A stretch of DNA of 34,462 nt, taken from assembly GCA_026394025.1 (NCBI GenBank), contig JAPKZC010000317.1, forward strand, positions 1 through 34,462, read 5' to 3'. Positions 1 through 7,253 of this stretch are shown piece after piece. The notes beneath the pieces are model-generated. The model did not search any database, was not told where the DNA came from, and was given only the letters and a program-made list of their open reading frames with translations. A program made the position numbers and the translations under genes. Position 1 is the first letter of the stretch. Each line of letters starts with the position of its first letter. The stretch comes from Candidatus Solibacter sp. (GTDB lineage Bacteria; Acidobacteriota; Terriglobia; Bryobacterales; Bryobacteraceae).

Positions 1-1131
1 GGCGGTGTAACTGATCCGGTTGAGCCCACCTTGGATCAACTCGTGGGCCCGGCAACCTTTCACGTAGACAGTGACATCGCCGGCAAGCTCCCGGACCAGT
101 TCCGGGGACAGTTTGCGCAAGTTCACCGTTCCCATCCGCGGGCCGTGGGGACAGGCTTGAAAGCGTCCGGTCGATCTTTCGCGGGCCAATGGCTGCAGCC
201 ATGGCGATTCCAGGAATCGATCGACATCCTCGTAGGCCAGGTCATTCGCGTGCCTGCCCTTTTTCGGAACCAGCAGGATTGACAAGCCGGAGTACTCGAC
301 CAGCAAGCGTTGCATAAGTACGAGGTCGAACAGCGATTCGATATAGTCGTCGGTGAACCAAACCAGCCGGCGGTTCGATGCCGCTATCTCCGCGGCGAAT
401 GTGTCCCAGTGATCGACCGCGAGGCCGGCGCGGGCGATGCGCTGCAATTCCGCCCAGACCGGGCCGGCCGTGTTCCTTACCGCGCGGTCGGCGACCCCCG
501 CCAGTCGAATGCCCTCCACGGAAAATCCCGAGGCAGCCGCGGCGGCGCCCTTGAGGTCGAGACCGATCAGGCCCGCAGCGATACTGTACGCGAGAAGCTC
601 CTTGGTTGACGGGTTCGACCGCAGCATGTGGTCCTCGATGATCCGCGAGGCCAACTCGAAGCCAATCGTGTTGAACCGTTGATGCGTGTCCAGTTCCTTT
701 GCCGGATCGCCAAACAGGCAGTATGCAATGATCCTTCGGACGACGTCTGGCAGTTCCTGGTTGGTGATGCTCTCTGCGATCGGCGCGTCATGGTGCCGGC
801 AGGCGAGGAATCTGGCGGTTTCGGCGGCGCACGCATCCTCAAGTCCAGGCTCGGCGCCCGCCTCCAGCGCTCCACTCTCGCGCATGCGATCTAACTCCCC
901 GCAAACGATCTCGCGCATCCAGTCGATGCCCGTCGGCTCCGCCCCGCTCAGCGGCGCTCTGCCGTTCAGCCGGTCCGCCACCGTGAACGTGTCGGGGACG
1001 AAATCGGCGCGCGACAGAATCGCCAGGGCCGCGTCGGGGCCAGCCGAATCGTCGCACAGGAAGTGGCGCAGGTTCCGTTGGATGGAGTCGGTAGTCAGAG
1101 AGCGGATCGCCCTGCGTCCCTCTGCGCTCAT
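1..1131 (-). CDS. DUF89/ARMT1-like (damage-control-phosphatase-like) domain protein. Only the N-terminal 377 codons are visible; the ORF runs off the left edge and is absent from the supplied ORF track.
   Basis: Hand translation of the minus strand from ATG (1131..1129) gives 377 codons with no stop down to position 1: MSAEGRRAIRSLTTDSIQRNLRHF...LVWFTDDYIESLFDLVLMQRLLVEYSGLSILLVPKKGRHANDLAYEDV...GTVNLRKLSPELVRELAGDVTVYVKGCRAHELIQGGLNRISYTA. A GGAGGAA Shine-Dalgarno (reverse complement of 1136..1142) lies 4 nt upstream of the ATG. It is a clear paralog of residues ~510-725 of the TIR protein at 4854..7253. The D-D-Y-x-E / N-D-x-x-x-x-D / (K/R)G-x-x-x-(Y/H)E pattern resembles DUF89 motifs, recalled from memory and not searched. 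Confidence 0.6.
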   Translation of the reverse strand, partial: MSAEGRRAIRSLTTDSIQRNLRHFLCDDSAGPDAALAILSRADFVPDTFTVADRLNGRAPLSGAEPTGIDWMREIVCGELDRMRESGALEAGAEPGLEDACAAETARFLACRHHDAPIAESITNQELPDVVRRIIAYCLFGDPAKELDTHQRFNTIGFELASRIIEDHMLRSNPSTKELLAYSIAAGLIGLDLKGAAAAASGFSVEGIRLAGVADRAVRNTAGPVWAELQRIARAGLAVDHWDTFAAEIAASNRRLVWFTDDYIESLFDLVLMQRLLVEYSGLSILLVPKKGRHANDLAYEDVDRFLESPWLQPLARERSTGRFQACPHGPRMGTVNLRKLSPELVRELAGDVTVYVKGCRAHELIQGGLNRISYTA

Positions 1132-1165
1132 TGAGTTCCTCCGTACCGCCGGGCCGCGTCAAGCC

Positions 1166-1744
1166 TCACGAGCCGGCACCGAATCTCAGCGGGTCATCGC
1201 CCGCGTTCAACAGATCGCCCACTCGCAGAAGCACGGCGCGATGCCCACCCGGGTCGTATACCGCTATGGACGGTCCGGGAAATCCTTCTTTGTCCAAAGG
1301 CACGAGCGTTCCAGGGTTGAGGGACAACGTGTTTCCAAAGCGCTCGATGGCGGGGCTGTGGTTGTGTCCGTGGCAGACCAGATCGTACTTACCGCTTGCC
1401 ACCAGTGCCTCGGTGATTTCATTGTGGTCGCCATGATAGATTGCGATGCGGCGGCCGAAGCTCTCGAAGGCAAGAAACCGATCCTGGATGGTTATGGCGA
1501 TGCCGAACTTGCCGGCATACTGGACATGCCGCACAGGGTCTCCGTCGTTGTTGCCAAATACCCCCATGATCTTGCACGGGAGGCCCTTGTAGTATTCGAG
1601 AGAGAACGGTGAGACCCAATCTCCGCAGTGAATCACCAAGGCAGCCTGCCGCTGCGCAAAGTAGCCGACAACCGCCGCGATATTCGCGATATGATCGTGC
1701 GTGTCCGACATGACTCCGATCAATAACCGAGATTCTTCTTCCAT
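1166..1744 (-). CDS. Metallophosphoesterase, YfcE/MJ0936 (Metallophos_2) family phosphodiesterase
   Basis: 192-aa ORF carrying the calcineurin-like motif series: GVMSDTHDH (D-x-H), HCGDW (G-D), GNND (G-N-H/N-D), HGD and GHNH. Its size is typical of MJ0936/YfcE-type enzymes. It lies 84 nt downstream of the NACHT gene and 34 nt upstream of the edge DUF89-like gene, on the same strand. Confidence 0.85.
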   Translation of the reverse strand: MEEESRLLIGVMSDTHDHIANIAAVVGYFAQRQAALVIHCGDWVSPFSLEYYKGLPCKIMGVFGNNDGDPVRHVQYAGKFGIAITIQDRFLAFESFGRRIAIYHGDHNEITEALVASGKYDLVCHGHNHSPAIERFGNTLSLNPGTLVPLDKEGFPGPSIAVYDPGGHRAVLLRVGDLLNAGDDPLRFGAGS

Positions 1745-1828
1745 AATCGAACCCCTCGTCTCGCCAAAACACCGGCGGTATCAGGCGGCTCAGGTACTTT
1801 GCATAGCGCCTTCCGCCTGCGCGTATCT

Positions 1829-4027
1829 CTAGCCTGCGGCCGCGCCCAGTGCCCGCAAGGCCTTTCGGGCCTCGTCCCTGACCTCGGGGTCTTTGTCGTC
1901 CGTAGCCAGTCCCAAAATATCCCGAGCGTTTGACCCTCCCAACTGCCATGCGGTCTGCACTACCGCTTTTCGCACGAGACTGATGGGATCTTTCATCGCC
2001 TGTTGCAGAACGGAGAAGGCAGCGACCCCTCCCAGACGGGCTAGCGCAAGCACCGAGTACTCGCGCACCTCCGGGTCGTCGTCGTGTAGAGCCCTATGCA
2101 ACAGGGTCGGACCCGCCCCCAGGGGGTCAATCATTTCGATCGCCCAGATCATGGAGCGCCGCACTCCGCCATCCGGTTCGTCGGCGAGACGCCCGGTCAG
2201 ATCCAGAGCATGATCCCGGGAGACTTCGCCCATCAGACCCAGCGCCACCGCGGCGTTCTGTCGAATAACTGGTTCGGTGGCGGAGTCTTTCAGACGCTCC
2301 AACAGCAGCCGTGAATCGGCCGGATTGCCCAATAGACCGAGCACAACCTCGGCGATACGGGAGACCCGCCTATCCTGTCCCGGCCTCCGTAGTGCCTCTC
2401 CGATGAGCTGCCTGGCCGCCGGCTCCCGATACCAGCCAAGTTCCATGATGGCCCGCCGCTTCTCCTCCGCCTCCGGGTGGTGCAGCAGGACAGCCCTGGC
2501 TTTTCCGGCCGCCGTTGCGCGGTCCGCGGCGGAACCGCGAAACGGCTGCCGGATCATGGCCCGCAGCGTCACCGCCGAGTTTCTGCGCAGTAGGGCGTAC
2601 TCCATCCCGGGGTAGTTCTCCAGGTAGCCGTGCAATCTCGCGCAACAATCCAGATTGTCCAACATCTGAGCCATGAAGTCGACCACGGCCGCGCCAGGCT
2701 GGACTTTGCTCAACTCCTTCGTGGCGCCCTCGGCATTCGCCAGCACCAGGCCGGCGAGGTGCCGTGCCATGAAATACTCGAGAAAGGACGTATGAACGAA
2801 TGTATAGCTGTCGGGCGGCGCTGCCACGAGAAACGAACAGGTGCCGATGTCATGCTTAAACGCATCCAACCCGGTGCCCGGCAGTGAGAAGCGGACCCGG
2901 AGCTTGTCGCGGATCGTCTTCCACGGAACGCAGTAGCTCCCTTGGAGGCCCATCTCCCACGCAAGTTCCGCCAGGAAAGACGTCTTGTCGTCACGGTCCA
3001 GTGTGGACCTGGAGTGTTGCGAGGCGATCCATTGGTCCGTGTAGGTTTCGTATAGCGCCGCCGAACTCACCGTTCCGGCGCCCAACTGGCCGCGCGTCTC
3101 CAGGATCATTTTCAGAAACAGGGGCGTGCGTGCGAGATCCTTCAGATCGTGGACCTCCGGAATCTCCCACTCCTGTTGGGTCACGGCCTTGATGTATTGC
3201 CTGATTTCCGCATCGGTCCACTTCCGGACCTGTACACGCGCGAAGTGTGCGAACTGGCTTGGCTCGACGCTATCCCGGAAGAAACTGTCGCGGCAGGATA
3301 GGATCAGATGCCCCTGCCGGGTTTGCGAGACAGCCAGTATCTTTTGCGCATTGCTCTGCACCTCGGCCCGGGTGGGACTGAGCGACATTTCGTCGAAGGC
3401 GTCGAGCACCAGCACGAGTTTCCCGGCCAAGCGTGCGTCGGCCAAGACATCGGTCTTCAAGACCACTCCATGCTTCATCAAAGTCCTGGCGACCAGCGCC
3501 GGCAGTGTCTCAGGGACGGCGCAGTCCTTGAGGCTGATGAAAATCGGTGTTCGGGACGCCGAATCCCCGGCCAGGCTCGCTTTCGCCAGTCGGTAAGTGT
3601 ACTCCCGGAGGAAGGTCGTCTTCCCTGTGCCAAAATACCCCAGCAGCAGGACGCATTTTGATTCGCTGGCGTGCTCGAAGAGGTCGTTGAAGCACGCGTC
3701 CAGGGATTCCCCGCCCTTGTAATCGGTTGTCGCGCTGACGTAAAGCTTGTGCTCCGGGCTCTGTTCCCATTCCGATACAAGATGTCTCAAGTACGGGCCG
3801 AAGCCCTGGGGGCGGAGGCGTTTATGACGGGAGATAAGAAGCATCAACGCGGTTGTCACCACAATCGCCACAACAGCGGCTGCGATCGCCCGCATTGGGT
3901 GTTTCTGAAAGAAGACAAGATAGGCTGCGCAGCCTGTGAGGAGTGCGCTCACGATCAAGCTCACGGTGAGCTTTTCGGGTATCTGCGCTCCGACCTTGCG
4001 TACCCACTGCCAGAATGTCACGGTCAC
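1829..4027 (-). CDS. Membrane-anchored STAND NTPase: two N-terminal TM helices, a NACHT-type P-loop NTPase, and C-terminal HEAT (PBS-lyase-like) repeats
   Basis: 732-aa ORF. Hydrophobic helices lie at about aa 21-40 (LTVSLIVSALLTGCAAYLVFF) and aa 46-66 (AIAAAVVAIVVTTALMLLI). Walker A is GYFGTGKTTF (aa 130-139) and Walker B is LVLVLDAFDEM (aa 204-214). A helical/winged-helix-like region follows. The last ~200 aa hold repeated D(P/K)xxxVRxxAxxALxxLG units (DDPEVREYSVLALARLGG, DPISLVRKAVVQTAWQLGG, DKDPEVRDEARKALRALG) typical of HEAT_2 repeats. Confidence 0.8.
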   Translation of the reverse strand: MTVTFWQWVRKVGAQIPEKLTVSLIVSALLTGCAAYLVFFQKHPMRAIAAAVVAIVVTTALMLLISRHKRLRPQGFGPYLRHLVSEWEQSPEHKLYVSATTDYKGGESLDACFNDLFEHASESKCVLLLGYFGTGKTTFLREYTYRLAKASLAGDSASRTPIFISLKDCAVPETLPALVARTLMKHGVVLKTDVLADARLAGKLVLVLDAFDEMSLSPTRAEVQSNAQKILAVSQTRQGHLILSCRDSFFRDSVEPSQFAHFARVQVRKWTDAEIRQYIKAVTQQEWEIPEVHDLKDLARTPLFLKMILETRGQLGAGTVSSAALYETYTDQWIASQHSRSTLDRDDKTSFLAELAWEMGLQGSYCVPWKTIRDKLRVRFSLPGTGLDAFKHDIGTCSFLVAAPPDSYTFVHTSFLEYFMARHLAGLVLANAEGATKELSKVQPGAAVVDFMAQMLDNLDCCARLHGYLENYPGMEYALLRRNSAVTLRAMIRQPFRGSAADRATAAGKARAVLLHHPEAEEKRRAIMELGWYREPAARQLIGEALRRPGQDRRVSRIAEVVLGLLGNPADSRLLLERLKDSATEPVIRQNAAVALGLMGEVSRDHALDLTGRLADEPDGGVRRSMIWAIEMIDPLGAGPTLLHRALHDDDPEVREYSVLALARLGGVAAFSVLQQAMKDPISLVRKAVVQTAWQLGGSNARDILGLATDDKDPEVRDEARKALRALGAAAG

Positions 4028-4149
4028 TCCCCACGCATCGTAACAAGCCCCGACTCGGGGCGCCAGCCCTCAGCCGGCATCGCCGGGATTTTAGGGCTCT
4101 ACAATCTGTTATTCGCCTGGGCTGTCCGGAAATCCCGTGTGCCGTTCGC

Positions 4150-4155
4150 TACAAT
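4150..4155 (+). promoter_or_regulatory. Possible -10 hexamer (TACAAT) placed for a leaderless or near-leaderless HAD-like transcript
   Basis: GCTACAAT ends 4 nt before the ATGATG at 4160..4165. A second CTACAAT sits at 4099..4105. The same CTACAAT box recurs upstream of the MFS gene (8893..8899). Based on the sequence motif only. Confidence 0.25.
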
Positions 4156-4159
4156 TCGG

Positions 4160-4639
4160 ATGATGTTGAACGTTGCGATTCCAGGTAGGGAGCCTCTGGT
4201 GTTACGCAGCCTCGCGCTCGATATCAACGGCACCCTGACCTGTGACGGTCGCTTGCTTCCCGGAGTGCGGGCCTCCATCAAACGCCTCAAACAGCAGTTG
4301 GACGTTTGCCTGATTTCTTGCGATTCGCGCGGCAACGCGCGAGCCATTGCCAAGTCTCTGGCGGTTCCCTTGCACGTCGTGGCATATCACCGCCGCGGCG
4401 AAGCTTTCGGCAAACTCGCCGTTCTACGTAGGCTGGGGCCGTCGGCTACCGCGGCCATCGGCAACGGCGAATCTGACCGCCTGATGTTCGAGGAGGCCGC
4501 CCTGAGCATCGCCGTTCTTGGGAAAGAGGGCGCGGCTGGAACGGCGCTGATGAACGCGGCCGTAGTCGTGCGCGACATCGCCGACGCGTTTGACCTGCTC
4601 CTGCACCCAGCCCGCCTGATTGCGACGCTTCGATGCTAG
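4160..4639 (+). CDS. Small HAD-superfamily protein, soluble P-type-ATPase-like (COG4087-like)
   Basis: This is the C-terminal 159 aa of ORF 3671..4639, starting at the in-frame ATGATG at 4160. The upstream part of that ORF is antisense to the NACHT gene and looks non-coding. Motifs: LALDINGTL (HAD motif I, D-x-N instead of D-x-D/T), CLISCDSRG (motif II-like S/T), GNGESD (degenerate G-D-G-x-N-D). The size matches stand-alone COG4087 proteins. Confidence 0.6.
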   Translation: MMLNVAIPGREPLVLRSLALDINGTLTCDGRLLPGVRASIKRLKQQLDVCLISCDSRGNARAIAKSLAVPLHVVAYHRRGEAFGKLAVLRRLGPSATAAIGNGESDRLMFEEAALSIAVLGKEGAAGTALMNAAVVVRDIADAFDLLLHPARLIATLRC

Positions 4640-4853
4640 GGCGGTATCGCCGTTGCCACGTCCATACCGGCGGAACTCGCCGCCACAACCGGGGAGTTTG
4701 CGACCCTTGCCACCGCCAATCTGCCGTTCATCCGCCAAGGCTTGGTCGAAATCCTGATGTCGCCGCCGCCTCTTGCCCGCATCGCCCACGTGGTCCGGGG
4801 CGGTCCGAACCTGTATAAACTCAGTGGCTGGATTGCGCACGTCCTGGTGGCGG

Positions 4854-7253
4854 TTAGGGCGCCATGCTGGCCCGGATTCCCGCCCAGCGATCCCGATCGT
4901 CCGCAACCGTCCTGGCCGCCAGTTGTTTGCCCCCTTCGATTCTCAGGTGGCGTTCCTTGAATCCCTTGAATGATCGATCTCCGGGCTGATGGACAATGTA
5001 CACAAAAGGCTTCTCCTCCGCCCGGAGCCCCGTAACCGATTCGCTGAAATCCCGGCACACCATAAACCCAAAGTACGCTTCCTTCTTGACCCCCTGCAAC
5101 ATCTCATAGTTCCGGGCCCCGCGTACATCGATCGCCGTACACGTCCGCAACAGGTCCACAATACCTGGGTGAAGCTTCCGTAGATTCACCCCTCCTAACT
5201 TGGGACCGTTGGGTTCCACGATGAAACGCGGGCAGTCCTTCAGGCACTCGAAATGTTCGACCATCTCCTTCACGTCGTTGAATGAAGCATCGTTACTGCA
5301 CCGCATGGACCTCGGGACGAGATGGATCTCTAGATGCGGGAATTGGCGCAGCAGTTCCTCGTAGTACCGGAGCAGAACGATCGTCTCCAGGTAGTCGTCG
5401 GAGAACCCGACCAACGTGAAATCGCGGTGCCGTTTCTCGATCCCCGTAAGAAACGCGTCGGTCGCATCGATGCGGCAAGGCGACTTTGATAACTGCCACA
5501 GTTCTTCGGCTACCCTCTGCACTTCCTGCGCGCGGACCTCGCCTTTCCGGTCCAACTGGATCCCGCTGCCCTCCACAATCTGCGACGTAGCCGCATGGGT
5601 CGGCTTCTCGTCAACACCCAATAAGCCCGCCGCTACCGAAAGGTGCAGCCATTCCCGAATTCCGAGTTTGTAGTGTCGTGTAAGGTAGTCCAACACCTCG
5701 AACAGAAAGTCCCGCCGCAACGAAGTCAGGGCCGGATAGAGGTCCAGTTCCCGATCGGGATCGTTCGTGAGGAAGGTCAGCAGGAGTCGCCGCAATATGT
5801 CCGAGTACTCCTGATACCAGATCTCCTTCTTCAACGATTCTTGCGGGCCCGGAGGATCGAAGTTCAGGGTCTCGAGCACGTTTCGGACGGCCCCGCCCCA
5901 CGCCGGACTCCGGGCAAGCGCGGGGCAGGCCCGGGCAATCACTTTCATGTCGTCCTCGAGAATCCCGCGCACCCAGGGGTCGAAGTCCAACGCCGGCGAA
6001 AGGAAGGGCGCCTGAACCGAAACCGCGTCAATCGTGTTTGTTCCCGCCTCGTAACCCGAGTCAATAAGATCGGAACCCCCGGCCAAACGTTCTTTCGTGT
6101 CCTGGTAACCCAGGATCACGCGGCGCACGTGCGTCCAGCAGTTGAGGTCCGGTCTGCAACAGCGAGTGCTCAGGCAGTTCCCCAGCATGGTCGCCACACG
6201 GCAGTTCCCCCAGTCGTCGTTGTAGTGACCGGCTTGGATCAGGGGTATGGCGGTGGACGATTCCAGCATCTGGGAAACCGAGCCGGCGATGGAGTCGAAC
6301 CACTTCCGGGCGTTGCCATCATCACTGCGGCTCAGTTTGAACTCCGGCACCGCTCCAGCATCTTCGCCATAGAGGTAGAGGCTGACGTAGCATGTCTCGC
6401 CATCGACAAGGATGGTACGAAAACGCGGCATGTAGTCCGTGAGATAGGCGTGAAAGAGGGGCGGCTGCTCGTGGTATTCGGCGATTGTCTTTAAGAAGTC
6501 GATACTGGCCTCGCTACGGCTCCTAAGGGGGTGAAATGGTTCGTGAGCGCGAGCGTAATTGCTGTGCGGATTCAGGAGCATCAGCGTGACGGTGACTCCA
6601 CGGTCGAACAGTTCACCTAAAGCCTTTCGCACCCGGGCGTCGCGAGCAAACCGATCAAGGGCAAGACCCCAAACAGTCAACGAAGATCGAGCCGTGAGCA
6701 TGATCTCGTGCAAATCGGCAAGTTCCGGAACCGGCGGAGCCTGCGGCCATTCGCCGGTGACACCCCACACCAGCCTTCTGAGGCTTTGTTCGTACTCTTC
6801 GTCCTTTCGGAAATCGACCCATTGCAGGATCTGGAGGAACTCGGGCAGTTGGGCATCGCGTAGCAGCACAGGGATTATCCTCGGGGGCTCGTCGGCATCG
6901 TTCATCGACACAAGCGCCCGATTGTACTCGGTCATCACCCAGCGGGAGCCCACAGATTCGGGTGAACAGATCAGAACCACCGCCCGACTTGTTTTCAGCC
7001 CATTTCCTAGTGCTTCAACGAAGAGATCCCCAGGACGGATTTGATCCCGGTCCAGCCAGACGCGCAGGCCCTGCGCCGCCAACCGCTCCTTGAGCCGCTT
7101 CGTCCACACCTCATCGCGGCTGTTGTAGCTCAGAAAGACATCGAAATCGAATCGCGTGGAACAGAGCAAAACGTAACACCCTTCAGGATCGGGCACAATG
7201 CCCACTTCGATGAATTGCCCCACCCGGCATATTCCGTCCGCCGGCGAGAGCAA
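4854..7253 (-). CDS. TIR domain protein fused to a PLD-like/unknown middle domain and a C-terminal DUF89/ARMT1-like phosphatase-like domain
   Basis: 799-aa ORF; the start is uncertain, with TTG at 7253 and several in-frame GTG/TTG codons before aa 30.
- TIR, aa ~36-167 (nt ~6753..7148): FDVFLSYNSRDEVWTKRLKERLAAQGLRVWLDRDQIRPGD...VLICSPESVGSRWVMTEYNRAL, with Glu109 at the position of the catalytic Glu of TIR NADases.
- Middle domain, aa ~178-340.
- Cys-rich stretch, aa 351-375: CRVATMLGNCLSTRCCRPDLNCWTH.
- DUF89-like region, aa ~430-760: FSDDYLE (nt 5385..5405), VPRSMRCSNDASFNDV, IDVRGARNYEMLQG. Confidence 0.8.
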   Translation of the reverse strand: MLSPADGICRVGQFIEVGIVPDPEGCYVLLCSTRFDFDVFLSYNSRDEVWTKRLKERLAAQGLRVWLDRDQIRPGDLFVEALGNGLKTSRAVVLICSPESVGSRWVMTEYNRALVSMNDADEPPRIIPVLLRDAQLPEFLQILQWVDFRKDEEYEQSLRRLVWGVTGEWPQAPPVPELADLHEIMLTARSSLTVWGLALDRFARDARVRKALGELFDRGVTVTLMLLNPHSNYARAHEPFHPLRSRSEASIDFLKTIAEYHEQPPLFHAYLTDYMPRFRTILVDGETCYVSLYLYGEDAGAVPEFKLSRSDDGNARKWFDSIAGSVSQMLESSTAIPLIQAGHYNDDWGNCRVATMLGNCLSTRCCRPDLNCWTHVRRVILGYQDTKERLAGGSDLIDSGYEAGTNTIDAVSVQAPFLSPALDFDPWVRGILEDDMKVIARACPALARSPAWGGAVRNVLETLNFDPPGPQESLKKEIWYQEYSDILRRLLLTFLTNDPDRELDLYPALTSLRRDFLFEVLDYLTRHYKLGIREWLHLSVAAGLLGVDEKPTHAATSQIVEGSGIQLDRKGEVRAQEVQRVAEELWQLSKSPCRIDATDAFLTGIEKRHRDFTLVGFSDDYLETIVLLRYYEELLRQFPHLEIHLVPRSMRCSNDASFNDVKEMVEHFECLKDCPRFIVEPNGPKLGGVNLRKLHPGIVDLLRTCTAIDVRGARNYEMLQGVKKEAYFGFMVCRDFSESVTGLRAEEKPFVYIVHQPGDRSFKGFKERHLRIEGGKQLAARTVADDRDRWAGIRASMAP

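Noticed and set aside
3671-4159. The N-terminal 163 codons of ORF 3671..4639.
   Set aside because: They overlap the 5' part of the NACHT gene on the opposite strand and show no protein-like pattern. HAD homology begins only after the ATGATG at 4160, and the resulting size fits stand-alone COG4087-type proteins.
4640-4853. A convergent intergenic region between the HAD-like and TIR genes, inspected for a bidirectional Rho-independent terminator.
   Set aside because: I could not find a convincing GC-rich hairpin followed by a T-run by eye, so I make no terminator call.
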